A stretch of 64,000 bases of DNA from an uncultured archaeon (GCA_964590575.1 CAZPWM010000003.1:1-64000); one strand, 5' to 3'; shown: positions 1-9,815, counted from the first letter of the stretch. The notes: generated by a model from the letters alone, not told the origin. Numbers and translations are program-made.

Positions 1-168
1 ACGTTCATAGCGGCAGGACTAGACCAAGGAGGGACTTTATACAATACATTATCCACCGCTTTTCCGATTTTTGTAATGCTCTTTATAGTATCATTAGCTC
101 TCAATCCAGATTTTTCCAAGGCTAAGCAAAATCAATCCGAGACAGAACAGGACTCAAGTCTGCTCTAG
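1..168 (+). CDS. 3' end of a membrane protein (partial, starts before the window)
   Basis: Frame 1 open from base 1 to TAG at 166-168: TFIAAGLDQGGTLYNTLSTAFPIFVMLFIVSLALNPDFSK..., with a hydrophobic helix. Confidence 0.6.
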   Translation, partial: TFIAAGLDQGGTLYNTLSTAFPIFVMLFIVSLALNPDFSKAKQNQSETEQDSSLL

Positions 169-287
169 ATTCAAATCTCTTGATTTATTGTTCCTTCGTA
201 TGAGGCTCTTGCTGCAACATGACCTGGGAGAGCAATGTCATGGCCTGCAATAAAGAGAGTTCAGTAACTGCTATACAGTTTGTTGTA

Positions 288-1172
288 TCAACTAGTGGAA
301 TCTGAGTTCTCTTTGAATCTAACATGAATGAACTTGACAAGTTTAAACATTGAATTCAAGGTCATAAAGATACGAGTCCGTCTGCTCCAAGCTGGTTTCT
401 TTTCTATGCGAGAGAAGAAGGAAAACCAGTCAACAACTTCAATCTGAGGTGACCATCCTTCAATCTGTTTCTGACTCTTTGCCTCGAATTTGTGTTCGAT
501 GCCTACTACCCCGAACTTTTTGAAACGTCTGTTGAGTAATGAGTTACCCCGTGCAGAACTACTATCAAATATAATTTCACCACTTGGAAATCTCTTGGCC
601 AATGCTCTGAAAAGGTCTGCAATACTCTCCTCATCGAAGTATACAAAGAGTCCTCCTGCAATCATAAGCAGTCCATTATTTTCTGCAAAGTCAACATCAT
701 CCATCCAGCTAGAATTAAAAAATGATTTTGGAATGCACCTGCATCTTTCAGTTTCTGGAATGAGCCGACGACGATACTCGATTGCATCTGGAAGATCAAG
801 ATTATACCACAAAATTGAGCCATTATCAACTCGAGAAAAGGTTGTATCAAGCCCACACCCAAGATTCACAATGGTGGCGCTAGGTTTCTTTTCAATATAG
901 CGTCTTATTGTGTCATCGAATGTCCTCGCACGAATGACGAAGGACAACCCAAGGAGCTCATCTATGAATTCGTCCAATCTTTTGAAATCATCATTCGAAT
1001 CAGGACGGAGTTTCATCACCATCTCTATGAGTTCGACAGCCTTGTCGTCCTGAAACAGGTCTGGGTATAGTTTTGAGTATTTAGCCCGAGCATAAAGAGG
1101 CCCGACCATTGTAGATTGTATGGAGGTCGATGGTTTTTGGTCACCATTCTTCATTCTCGGGTTTCCTCTCAT
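288..1172 (-). CDS. Class I SAM-dependent methyltransferase, TcmP/leucine carboxyl methyltransferase-like
   Basis: PLYARA, RARTFDD, VNLGCGLDT, WYNLDLPDAIEYR motifs; true start may be the second Met (MKNGD). Confidence 0.9.
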   Translation of the reverse strand: MRGNPRMKNGDQKPSTSIQSTMVGPLYARAKYSKLYPDLFQDDKAVELIEMVMKLRPDSNDDFKRLDEFIDELLGLSFVIRARTFDDTIRRYIEKKPSATIVNLGCGLDTTFSRVDNGSILWYNLDLPDAIEYRRRLIPETERCRCIPKSFFNSSWMDDVDFAENNGLLMIAGGLFVYFDEESIADLFRALAKRFPSGEIIFDSSSARGNSLLNRRFKKFGVVGIEHKFEAKSQKQIEGWSPQIEVVDWFSFFSRIEKKPAWSRRTRIFMTLNSMFKLVKFIHVRFKENSDSTS

Positions 1173-1468
1173 GAAAAACAGTATATTCTGGATATGAATT
1201 TTCTCTGTGACTCAGAGGCAGCACAGATGATGGTTTGAGTGTGTGGAGGTATGAATGGAAGGTTGTTCCAGCGTAGAGTGCTAGGATTGCAACTTGCAAA
1301 GAGGGTGGAAGGTGCCTTGCAATAGTTCCTCAGAATGAGGCTCACTCAGATGAAGATTTGATGTCAGGTATCCCGAAAGAGTGAGTTCTTTCCTACTCTC
1401 GGACGAGTCATTGGTTCACGCTAGCATTCTTATCCAAGCGTCCTCTTGTCTAATGCGGACTGATTTTC

Positions 1469-1939
1469 ATGGAAGAGAAAGCAATCCAAGACAGGTGGCA
1501 TGAAATCGGAAGTTATTGCTGGGGATGCGGCAGAAGCAATGAGCAAGGCCTCCGGTTGAAGAGCTTCTGGCAAGGTGATGAGGTGGTGGCCACGTTCCAG
1601 CCTGCAGAGTATCACATGGCTTTTCCCGGTGTTCTCAATGGAGGTATCATTGCGACACTCATCGACTGTCACTCCTTGAACACGGCGAATGCCGCCTCCT
1701 GCCAGGCAGAGGGACGTGAGTACGATGCAGATCCACTAAGTGGGTTCGTCACAGGTTCAATCTTCATCAAGTATCTCAAACCGACTCCCACTGAGGAGCC
1801 TGTCTTCCTTCGTGCCCGGGTCAAGGAGATGAAGGAGCGCAAGATCACAGTCACATGCTCTCTTTACTCAGGAGAAACCGAATGCGCAACCGGAGAAGTA
1901 ATTGCCATACGAATCGGCCAGAGTAAGCTTCTCGGGTAG
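1469..1939 (+). CDS. PaaI/hotdog-fold thioesterase
   Basis: CWGCGRSNEQGL, GVLNGGIIATLIDC, IKYLKPTP motifs. Confidence 0.9.
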   Translation: MEEKAIQDRWHEIGSYCWGCGRSNEQGLRLKSFWQGDEVVATFQPAEYHMAFPGVLNGGIIATLIDCHSLNTANAASCQAEGREYDADPLSGFVTGSIFIKYLKPTPTEEPVFLRARVKEMKERKITVTCSLYSGETECATGEVIAIRIGQSKLLG

Positions 1940-2113
1940 GTTGGCGTTCTAAACAGTGAGCCAGATGCTCAGCATCGAGAAAGAATGAGGTCGACCTCCC
2001 TTAGCAGTTCTAAACCCGCGATATCTTAAACAATCCAATTCCTTATTTGATAATTTTACATATATTATGTGGACTCAGTAGAGTCCCCCGTAAGAGAAAC
2101 GGTCAGGTTCAGA

Positions 2114-2359
2114 ATGAAAGTAACAAAGAGAGATGGTTCGACCGAGGCGTACATGCCCGAGAAGGTTGTTGTCAGCGCGGTGAAGGCTGGTGCTCCATAT
2201 GACACTGCGCGTGACATTGCCAGCTCGCTCTCCAAGAGGTCTGAGAGTACGATGAAAAGTACAGAGATTCGTACACACGTATTGTCAGAGCTCCGCACGA
2301 GAAAAGCGGCGTCAGCTGCTGATGCATGGGAATCCTACGATCGAGAACACAAGAAATGA
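2114..2359 (+). CDS. Stand-alone ATP-cone domain protein
   Basis: MKVTKRDGSTEAY..EKV..S and STEIR..V..EL match the ATP-cone consensus; ATG at 2114 preferred over the ORF-track start. Confidence 0.85.
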   Translation: MKVTKRDGSTEAYMPEKVVVSAVKAGAPYDTARDIASSLSKRSESTMKSTEIRTHVLSELRTRKAASAADAWESYDREHKK

Positions 2360-2634
2360 TAGTACACGATGTAATGTAGTTTGATTTTGATAACTTGGAA
2401 TAGAGAAGTGATGACACATTTCCACTTCTTAATAACATCAAACATGAAATGTAGATGATTTTCTATATCTCAAAAGCCAAGTCTTGATCTGGGATTTGAA
2501 TAATGCCTGCGAAGCAGAAGGGCTGGTATTGTACTTCTCGTTCCTCCGAATGATATACGAAGATACTAGTGAATAGATTTAACATGAATGAGACCATTAG
2601 TATTGGACACATTAGGAAGGAGATTTGCTTCAGA

Positions 2635-3012
2635 ATGACTGAATCATCAGAACCTCCCATGGGAGTGATTTTACTAGCAGTTCTAAATATCATAGTGGGA
2701 ATCTTTGGTGTATTTGCAGGGATTACAATTGATTTCATAATGATCGGTGGAGAGCTCACGCTTGTAAGCAGTTTTCAGCTTGGTACGATATTCATAGGCT
2801 TGTTTCAGATTATTGCTGGATATGGGCTTTGGAAGTTAAAATCCTGGGCATGGTGGCTAGCAATCGCCATCACAGGTATCGGGTTAATTCTTAACCTTCT
2901 CATCGTTCTAGTTGATTTCAACCTAATACGAATGTATTTACTTCCAATACTGATTCGAATAGTGATACTTGCATATCTACGACACAAATCAATTCGTAGT
3001 AGATTCCGATAG
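2635..3012 (+). CDS. Small four-helix membrane protein
   Basis: P.GV.LLAVLN...YGLWKLKSWAW pattern, four hydrophobic segments; AGGAG upstream of ATG 2635. Confidence 0.8.
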   Translation: MTESSEPPMGVILLAVLNIIVGIFGVFAGITIDFIMIGGELTLVSSFQLGTIFIGLFQIIAGYGLWKLKSWAWWLAIAITGIGLILNLLIVLVDFNLIRMYLLPILIRIVILAYLRHKSIRSRFR

Positions 3013-3089
3013 AAGCTAGGATGAGTCCATGAATTTGGTTCCTGGACTCTCCTTTTTATTCGTGGCTGAATCAGTTCCAGTATCACCTA

Positions 3090-3575
3090 TTATTTGGCTT
3101 TAGGTGGAATATTCTTTGGGTCGTACACTTCTGAGAGTCGTTTCTCTCCTTTGTAGACATACTTGCAATCTGGGAACATGGCACACCCATAGAATGAGCC
3201 CTTTCCTTCTCGACCTTTTCTTTTTATCAACGGGTGCCCCCAAGGGCATCGATACTCAGTTGCTCTCTCCGTCAGGTCCTCTATTTTCTTCTGAAGGTTT
3301 TTTCCCCAGTTCTTTGTTCGTAAGGTCTTACTCTCTTTCATCACAGCTTTGCTATTCTTGTACATCAGAACTGTCCTGATTGCGTCCTCCCCCTTTTCCC
3401 GAGACTCTCCACTCATTGGATTTATAGTTGAGTAAACCCAGATTGACAGGTCATTGTGCAGTGGAATTCTGTAGATAATTTCTCCCTCTACTGAACGAAT
3501 CGAGGTTTTGGCTTTGTAAGGTTTCATAAACTCTTCAAAAGTTTCACGTGTGATCACGGTATATTTCCTACTCAT
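3090..3575 (-). CDS. Protein with C-terminal topoisomerase-type zinc finger
   Basis: CPWGHPL..RKG..GSFYGCAMFPDCKY resembles zf-C4_Topoisom. Confidence 0.75.
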   Translation of the reverse strand: MSRKYTVITRETFEEFMKPYKAKTSIRSVEGEIIYRIPLHNDLSIWVYSTINPMSGESREKGEDAIRTVLMYKNSKAVMKESKTLRTKNWGKNLQKKIEDLTERATEYRCPWGHPLIKRKGREGKGSFYGCAMFPDCKYVYKGEKRLSEVYDPKNIPPKAK

Positions 3576-3689
3576 TTCATTCTCCGAAGAATATAGTACA
3601 AGGTTGCTTAAAAGAAAACGCCTCGCAAAAAACGACCTTCTGACACCCTTCGGGAGCTTTGATGGTTACTCTATATCGAATACTGCCAA

Positions 3690-4163
3690 TCATATTCTCC
3701 CCATGACATAGAAGATGTAGTCCTGAGGAGGTGGCTTCAATCCGAAGTGTCGTAACATGGCTCCGATTTGTGCTCTGTGAGCAGTACCATGGTTTATCAC
3801 ATGTGAAAGAACATTCCACACTTTCATAGGTTCCTGAAATGTCTTTTCGAGGTCACCGTCCTTAAGACCATCTAGATCCATTCTCATCTCCGCTTCCACC
3901 AAGTCCCATTCTAATCGGATTTCCTCAGGTTTTCCATAATTCTCAGGATTGTGAAAGCCAGAATCTGGTCTCCTTCTGAGTCCATTAAACCATCTCTCAT
4001 CAACACTCATGATGTGAACAAACTGATTAATGATGGAACCGACTGAGATTTCCATCTTCTCGGTCATTTGCTCCCACGTGAGATTTTCAATACAGAAGTG
4101 CCAGAATTTCCTATTGAGGGTAAAGTGATACTCGAAGAGATCACGCATATGGTCTACATTCAT
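3690..4163 (-). CDS. DinB/YfiT family protein
   Basis: GSI...FVHI...DERW and HVINHGTAHRAQI His triad. Confidence 0.9.
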   Translation of the reverse strand: MNVDHMRDLFEYHFTLNRKFWHFCIENLTWEQMTEKMEISVGSIINQFVHIMSVDERWFNGLRRRPDSGFHNPENYGKPEEIRLEWDLVEAEMRMDLDGLKDGDLEKTFQEPMKVWNVLSHVINHGTAHRAQIGAMLRHFGLKPPPQDYIFYVMGRI

Positions 4164-4347
4164 TGATATCTCTCATTCATGTGCTTGTCTTGAGGGAAAT
4201 CTCGAGAGATATGTGTTATTGATTTTATCTTCGAGATATATTTGTCCATAGTTTCGATATGCCGATGGTTCCTTCGTGTTGAAGATTTGTAACACATCAA
4301 AAGCCTTAATAATAAATTTAACAATAGTTATCACAGGAGTTAATTTT

Positions 4348-4518
4348 ATGCCATCTTTCAAATGTAAGGATATAGGAATGAAGTGTGATTTTACAGCAGA
4401 AGCTAAAACACAAGATGAATTGATGAAGAAGATTTCCACTCATGCTGCCTCAGCGCATGGAATGAAGACAGTCCCGGCTGAGACCATGACTAAAATCAAG
4501 AAAGCCATCAAGAAATAG
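4348..4518 (+). CDS. DUF1059 small metal-binding protein
   Basis: FKCKDIGMKCDF.A.A.T.DELM.KI..HA...HG; AGGAG before ATG 4348. Confidence 0.9.
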   Translation: MPSFKCKDIGMKCDFTAEAKTQDELMKKISTHAASAHGMKTVPAETMTKIKKAIKK

Positions 4519-4532
4519 TTCTTGGACTAGCC

Positions 4533-4568
4533 GCCACTCTCCTAGCAAGAGGAGTGGCTTTTATTTTT
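4533..4568 (+). terminator. Hairpin plus T-tract after DUF1059 gene
   Basis: gccactc (4533-39) pairs with gagtggc (4552-58), followed by ttttattttt. Confidence 0.65.
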
Positions 4569-4800
4569 GACTTGGTTATTGTGGTCGTTCTGCGTATTCT
4601 GGAATAACAAATGCAAAGTCCGCAAAATCTCGAACTCTTCGTGATTGAAGAAGCAGTAGTAGAATGATCCTCGTACAATCATAATTTTTCAAGTCCATCA
4701 ATCAAATGACCCCTTATGGTATAGAAACCTACCAAAATGACAATGTAAAAGGATAAAACACATTTTTGCCTAGTTTTTGAGAAGTTGGCGATTCCCAATT

Positions 4801-5181
4801 ATGAATGTAAGTAAATCGAATGAATCAAACACAACCTCCCCACTAATTGAGATGTTCTCTCATCTGGGGCGTCCTTGTACAGTCCCTCTTATTTTTGCTC
4901 TTGGTGACTACTCATACAATACCAATGTGCGTGAGCTGCGAAATAGTATTGACGTGCTTGGTGGTAAGAAGTTGAGTGAAGCTACAATCGCGAAGTGTCT
5001 TTCTGACCTCTCGCAGATTGGTCTTGTTGAAGGAACTGTTCATGCACACTCACCTCCGAAGGAAGAATTTAGTCTGACTCTGAAGGGTCAACAGTTATAC
5101 AAACATCTTCTCCAGATACGCTCACTGACAGAGCGGGTCTATTCGGAACAAGATTCCATTGATAGCATATCTGCCTGCTAA
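4801..5181 (+). CDS. HxlR-like winged-helix transcription regulator
   Basis: LSEATIAKCLSDL..IGLV......PPKEEFSLTLKG resembles the HxlR wHTH consensus. Confidence 0.75.
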   Translation: MNVSKSNESNTTSPLIEMFSHLGRPCTVPLIFALGDYSYNTNVRELRNSIDVLGGKKLSEATIAKCLSDLSQIGLVEGTVHAHSPPKEEFSLTLKGQQLYKHLLQIRSLTERVYSEQDSIDSISAC

Positions 5182-5186
5182 AGCAT

Positions 5187-5238
5187 GGACTTATGGGAAT
5201 GAATCAGAGTCCTTACGGACTCTGTCCCCGTCCTTTTT
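5187..5238 (+). terminator. Extended hairpin plus T-tract
   Basis: cagagtcc-ttac-ggactctg (5205-5224), extended by ggga/tccc and ggac/gtcc, then ttttt. Confidence 0.65.
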
Positions 5239-5308
5239 CACCGATCAAACTGACACCCCCGTTATCTTGACTGAATAGTTTTAACGAGGTTCTGTTCTAC
5301 TCTGGCTG

Positions 5309-6067
5309 ATGAGTTACAAAAATCCGAATTTCAAAACGATTGATTATGATAAGGTTTCAAAAGTCTATGACAGTGTGCGTGTCGGAGACCCTGAGATGGT
5401 CCACCAGATTCTGCAAGGAGTCAATCTTGACCAGGATGCATTGGTCCTAGATGTAGGGTGCGGCACAGGAAACAACACTCTACTTTTTAGAGAAGCAACT
5501 CATGCAAAAGTGACTGGACTAGATCTATCCCATGGCATGCTTCAGAAAGCCTACGAGAAGAGTAAACAGGTTCCTCTTGTTCAAGCCCCCGCAGATACTA
5601 TGCCCTTTGCTGGTGAAACTTTCCATTTTGTTTTCATGACCGAGGTCATCCATCACTTGCCTGATCCATACTCTTCGATAGAGGATATCTTCAGAGTCCT
5701 CAGGAACGGAGGGTCATTATGCATAGTGACCCAGTCTCACAAGCAGATAGATGGTCGGATGACGTCAAGATTCTTTCCAGCTTCCGCAGAGGTGGATAAG
5801 AAACGATACCCTGATACGGATGTGATTGAAGCTTACATGTTGAAAACTGGATTTGGCAGTACGACTCTGAAGGAATATCAGTACAAACCAACACAACTCG
5901 GTGAGGAGTATCTAAACACTACAAGAAATCATGGTTATTCTATGCTTCACAAAATCAGTCAAGAGGACTATGAACAAGGCCTCCAAACATTGGAAGATGC
6001 GTTTGCAAGTGGTGAAACGCTTACGTACTCCGCTGGTTACTCCTTCGTTTGGGCTATCAAAGAATAA
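5309..6067 (+). CDS. Class I SAM-dependent methyltransferase (UbiE-like)
   Basis: VLDVGCGTG, GLDLS.GML, FRVLRNGG. Confidence 0.9.
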   Translation: MSYKNPNFKTIDYDKVSKVYDSVRVGDPEMVHQILQGVNLDQDALVLDVGCGTGNNTLLFREATHAKVTGLDLSHGMLQKAYEKSKQVPLVQAPADTMPFAGETFHFVFMTEVIHHLPDPYSSIEDIFRVLRNGGSLCIVTQSHKQIDGRMTSRFFPASAEVDKKRYPDTDVIEAYMLKTGFGSTTLKEYQYKPTQLGEEYLNTTRNHGYSMLHKISQEDYEQGLQTLEDAFASGETLTYSAGYSFVWAIKE

Positions 6068-6070
6068 CTT

Positions 6071-6415
6071 CTATTCCACAGCAATCTGTATCGTACACTT
6101 ACTCTCCAGTGTTCCCCTGAATATTTTACTAACAGTCAGTGTTGTTGTTCCGATTCCAACTGTTTTAAAGAACCATGACCCCTTCTCTGCATCTCCACCT
6201 GTCCACCCAGGATATTTCATTTTCTCTGGATGTAAGTACTCCGTTTCGGTACGCAGATGTGCAAGAACAGATGTATCCCCGATTTCAAACTCAGCATCCT
6301 CTCCAACTGACCCATGTCTATGGAACTCGAAGAATATGGTTTCACCCACACTGAGGGTGACTACGTCGTCATCTTTTGGACATTCGACCTTTTTAGCTTC
6401 TTTTCCCGGTTTCAT
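6071..6415 (-). CDS. Chagasin/I42 protease-inhibitor-like Ig-fold protein (divergent)
   Basis: TLSVGETI...HGSVG...PGWTGG....WFFKTVGIGTTTLTV layout follows I42, but NPTTG is replaced. Confidence 0.5.
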   Translation of the reverse strand: MKPGKEAKKVECPKDDDVVTLSVGETIFFEFHRHGSVGEDAEFEIGDTSVLAHLRTETEYLHPEKMKYPGWTGGDAEKGSWFFKTVGIGTTTLTVSKIFRGTLESKCTIQIAVE

Positions 6416-6423
6416 GATATCAC

Positions 6424-7191
6424 CTACTCACCAAGCCGCTGTATTACTGACTTTTTGCGTTTAATCCCTCTGTATACAATGAAAGCAATAACCAATCCCA
6501 TCCCTCCGCTCACTAAGATTATCAACAGAGTAGTAATCTGAATATCTCCCCCCACAATGGTTGGCATTCCTGGATACCAGTGTACGAATATGACATCGAT
6601 GATATCGTTACCTAGTGTGGTGTATTTGTGCCTGAGATAGGTGAGAGTGCCATTCTCCTTCTCATACCGCATCTCCACACTGACTGTGATATCACTGCCT
6701 CCTGTTCCCTGAATAATGCCAACCCCAAAAGTTCCCCATTCATCATCAGTGTCAATTAATGTCAAGCCTGCAGTTCCTGTAATGTTCTCGATTTCATCGA
6801 GGAATGTCCAATCACCAATAGGAACAACAAAACCGGTCAGGTCTGACATTATAGCAACGGAATCATTGCTTCTCAATAGATTGCAATATGAACGAGGAAG
6901 CTGGATTGACTCATTGATCAGGCTCTCAATAGCATCAAGGTGGTCTACTTCCAAGACTACTGTTTGACCAGGTTGAATTTCCGCAAGGAATGGAATCTGA
7001 GCTTCTATGAAGGCTTTATTATAACTGTCCGAATAATAGGCTCTCTGGAGAACATAGGTGAACTCCTCATTTGGGTTCACTCCCCACTCAAGTGTATGAT
7101 TTGACTGTGCGAAGACAGGAGTGAACAGGGGTATTATCAAAATCGCCACGAGTAGAATTTGAGCGAGGCGTCTAGATTTCATTTCATTCAC
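6424..7191 (-). CDS. Secreted, C-terminally membrane-anchored hypothetical protein
   Basis: Signal peptide (RRLAQILLVAILIIPLFTPVFA) and C-terminal TM followed by a basic tail. Confidence 0.8.
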   Translation of the reverse strand: MNEMKSRRLAQILLVAILIIPLFTPVFAQSNHTLEWGVNPNEEFTYVLQRAYYSDSYNKAFIEAQIPFLAEIQPGQTVVLEVDHLDAIESLINESIQLPRSYCNLLRSNDSVAIMSDLTGFVVPIGDWTFLDEIENITGTAGLTLIDTDDEWGTFGVGIIQGTGGSDITVSVEMRYEKENGTLTYLRHKYTTLGNDIIDVIFVHWYPGMPTIVGGDIQITTLLIILVSGGMGLVIAFIVYRGIKRKKSVIQRLGE

Positions 7192-7517
7192 TAAACCTAT
7201 TCAACGTTGTAATGAAGGTTGTGAATAGCTGCTCAAAAGTTGGACGTTCTTGAACATTTATTCATCGGTGTTTATATAATCCGGATAGAACTGTAAGGTG
7301 TGGAGTTAATCTAGGACAAAAACCAAGTCCATGAACTATCTCTGCTGTCGCCGCGAGTTGCACGGAGACTGAAAACGCCTGTTGGAGAGGCCGTTAGACA
7401 TCAAAGACCGTGGGCCTGAGATGCAGCTTCGATGAAGCAGGAACCGAACATCAATCATGGAGTGTGATTTCCGAGTTTGAATAAGTTTCGGACAACGGTA
7501 TTCATCCACGAAGGAAT

Positions 7518-8249
7518 TCAGAGTATCTCCAAAAGGTCTTTGATGTGCCCAATCACAACAGTGTCTGATGATATTTTCTCCTCCTCCTGAGGGTCGCACC
7601 ATGTCAAGAGGATTGGGATCATTCCTGCACGTGTTGCAGCTACAACATCGTACTCCACGATGTTTCCAACATACGCACATCTGTGTGGATTTGTACCAAA
7701 GGCTGCAGCAACCTTCACAAGCATGTAAGGCGACGGTTTTCGATATCCTGGGACATTAGTATACTCTACAACATCAAAAAAGTGGTGAATTCCAGCGGTC
7801 TCAAGATGTTGAGTTGGGTCAGTGAACCTGTTTGACGCGATTCCAAGTTTGAATCCACGCCGCTTCAACTCTTCAAGACCCTCTGTGCAGCCCTTCATAA
7901 GTTCATGACTAGCTATCTCATGAAAGCTGTTCCATTCTTTTTGATAGTCCAGCACGACATCTTCGCGGTCTTTCACTCCCAAGGCTGCCAAGAGTCTTCT
8001 ATCATACTCGATCCAGTGCTCAAGCTCTGGTTTCCAATGACTACCAACATCATTCTCCATCATGTAGCTATTCAACCACGCATCGGGTTCTTTGGTGGCA
8101 GCTAGAATGTCTGCATCTGAAAAATCACCACTCTCCCCTAGTTGTACATTATTCAGAAAGTTTCGAGTGAGACCGCACATGTCTGAAACTGTTCTAAAGA
8201 GAGTCCCTCCCAGATCGAAGATTATTCCAGTTATACCTTCCAACTTCAT
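7518..8249 (-). CDS. HAD-superfamily hydrolase
   Basis: IIFDLGGTL, LGIASN, RKPSP, YVGN..YDV motifs. Confidence 0.9.
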   Translation of the reverse strand: MKLEGITGIIFDLGGTLFRTVSDMCGLTRNFLNNVQLGESGDFSDADILAATKEPDAWLNSYMMENDVGSHWKPELEHWIEYDRRLLAALGVKDREDVVLDYQKEWNSFHEIASHELMKGCTEGLEELKRRGFKLGIASNRFTDPTQHLETAGIHHFFDVVEYTNVPGYRKPSPYMLVKVAAAFGTNPHRCAYVGNIVEYDVVAATRAGMIPILLTWCDPQEEEKISSDTVVIGHIKDLLEIL

Positions 8250-8353
8250 GACCTCAAAACATCAGACATACACACACAAGTATTAATCGCAATGTGCTTT
8301 GTCAGGCATCTCAAATCTTTTCAATGATAAATTATCTCAATGAGTGACGAATT

Positions 8354-9508
8354 ATGGATTCTGTTGACGCCTCCTTGAGAGCAGTGGGTAAGCATCTTGA
8401 GGCTAACCCAGATGATGCCTCTGCCTGGAATGCAAAGGGAGTCTTCCATGCTCAGAAGAGAGAGTTTGGAGAAGCTCTCCGGAGTCTTGACCGGGCATTG
8501 CAATTGGATTCTAATCTTGCATCAGCTCATACCAACCGTGGCCGCGTTTTGCTAGCACTAGGACCAGAAAAAGCAAATGATGCACTCAAATCGTTTGACA
8601 CTGCATTGAAACTAATGCCAGACGATGTTCAGATTTTACATGATAAAGCCTCGGCTCTTCATGCCCTAGGGCGTACTGAAGAAGAACTTGCCAGTGTCAG
8701 AAGAATCAGTGAGCTAGCTCAGAATGAGTGGGGTGTTTTGGTTCGTATTGGGGACATCGAACTAGAACTTGGTCACTTTGAATCCGCAATAAAGAATTAT
8801 GACACAGCTCTTGGATTGAAGGATGATTTGGTTCCAGCATATATTCGCAGAGCAATCGCCTTCGGTATGTTAGAGCAGTGGAAGGATGCAATAAAGTCTG
8901 CAGAGACCGCTACTAATCTAGAGCCAGAGAATTCAGAGGCTTGGCTCATCCGTGGTGATGTAAACCTTAGAGCTGGAAAGCACAATTCTGCCATGAAGGC
9001 TCTAAAGAAAGCCTCAGAATTGGATCCAGAAGATGCCTCTGTAGAGAATACGATGGGCATGGTAGCATACAAAGATGGCAAGCTTCAGGATGCAGTTAAA
9101 CACCTTCGAAGAGCTGTCCTCCGAAAGAAAGAGTATCCTGCTGCATTGCGAAACCTCGGACTTATCCTCATGGAGCTAGAGGAGTGGGCAGAAGCAGTGA
9201 AGGCTTTTGAAAGTTATACATCCTATGTGAAGGACGACCCCGACATGTATGATGCGAAATCCACGGCATATGCACGCATAGATGATTTCTGTTCTGCTGT
9301 TGACGGATGGGAGCGAGCACGTAAGTTGTATAAGAAAGCTGGTGATGATGCTGAAGCAGACAGGGTTTCTGCACTTGGCCGTGCAGCGCGTATAAACTGT
9401 AATCGCTTGAAGAAAGCAGAAAAAGAACAACGCGAGCATGAAAAAACACAGAGACGATTTGCAGATCGTTATAACCTGAGACGGAAGAAAGACAAACGTA
9501 AGCGATAA
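8354..9508 (+). CDS. Tetratricopeptide repeat protein
   Basis: About nine 34-aa repeats (AWNAKG...A...LDRAL.LD) and a basic C-terminal tail. Confidence 0.9.
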   Translation: MDSVDASLRAVGKHLEANPDDASAWNAKGVFHAQKREFGEALRSLDRALQLDSNLASAHTNRGRVLLALGPEKANDALKSFDTALKLMPDDVQILHDKASALHALGRTEEELASVRRISELAQNEWGVLVRIGDIELELGHFESAIKNYDTALGLKDDLVPAYIRRAIAFGMLEQWKDAIKSAETATNLEPENSEAWLIRGDVNLRAGKHNSAMKALKKASELDPEDASVENTMGMVAYKDGKLQDAVKHLRRAVLRKKEYPAALRNLGLILMELEEWAEAVKAFESYTSYVKDDPDMYDAKSTAYARIDDFCSAVDGWERARKLYKKAGDDAEADRVSALGRAARINCNRLKKAEKEQREHEKTQRRFADRYNLRRKKDKRKR

Positions 9509-9509
9509 G

Positions 9510-9815
9510 CTAGCTTGAGAACCTGTAGGCCTCATCAGCCCCCTCAAAATCGCCCAGCTTTGTGAGTATGTTTCCGATTCTCTTCCAAGCTTCCTTATGG
9601 AATGGATTAAGCTTGACTGTTGAACGATATGCTGCAGCTGCTGCAACATTGTGTCCCTTCCACTCCAATAATTTTCCATAGGAGAACCATCCCTCTACAT
9701 CATCGGGTCTTTCTAATAGTAACATACCCATCATGTCCATTGCAAGTGTTGGGATGAACGGGACTGTAAGTGCCAAGAATATGCTGACAGCAATTATTGT
9801 GAGTAGAGGAAGCAT
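9510..9815 (-). CDS. Small membrane-anchored TPR protein
   Basis: N-terminal hydrophobic helix, two TPRs (GWFSYG, AWKRIGNIL..LG....A). Confidence 0.7.
   Translation of the reverse strand: MLPLLTIIAVSIFLALTVPFIPTLAMDMMGMLLLERPDDVEGWFSYGKLLEWKGHNVAAAAAYRSTVKLNPFHKEAWKRIGNILTKLGDFEGADEAYRFSS

Noticed and set aside
206-257. Imperfect long hairpin (ctctt/aagag, tgca/tgca, catgac/gtcatg) as SECIS or H/ACA RNA
   Set aside because: No tandem GA core or K-turn and no properly spaced ACA; it lies between convergent genes and may only be a terminator.
1173-1468. GGAGGT followed by short ORFs (MNGRLFQRR..., 24 aa)
   Set aside because: Too short, with no recognisable motif.
1946-2015. gttctaaac twice and palindrome gaggtcgacctc
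   Set aside because: Only two 9-bp copies; not a CRISPR or iteron pattern, and compatible with chance.
2404-2429. GTGATGA as the C box of a third sRNA
   Set aside because: No CTGA D box at a suitable distance; it sits in an agaagtg/cacttct inverted repeat.
7331-7517. ORF with several in-frame TGA (selenoprotein?) or Vsr-like remnant (IKDRGPEMQLR, KFRTTVFIH)
   Set aside because: The TGAs are not in redox motifs and no SECIS is seen; the Vsr-like pieces are short, in different frames and too weak to call.
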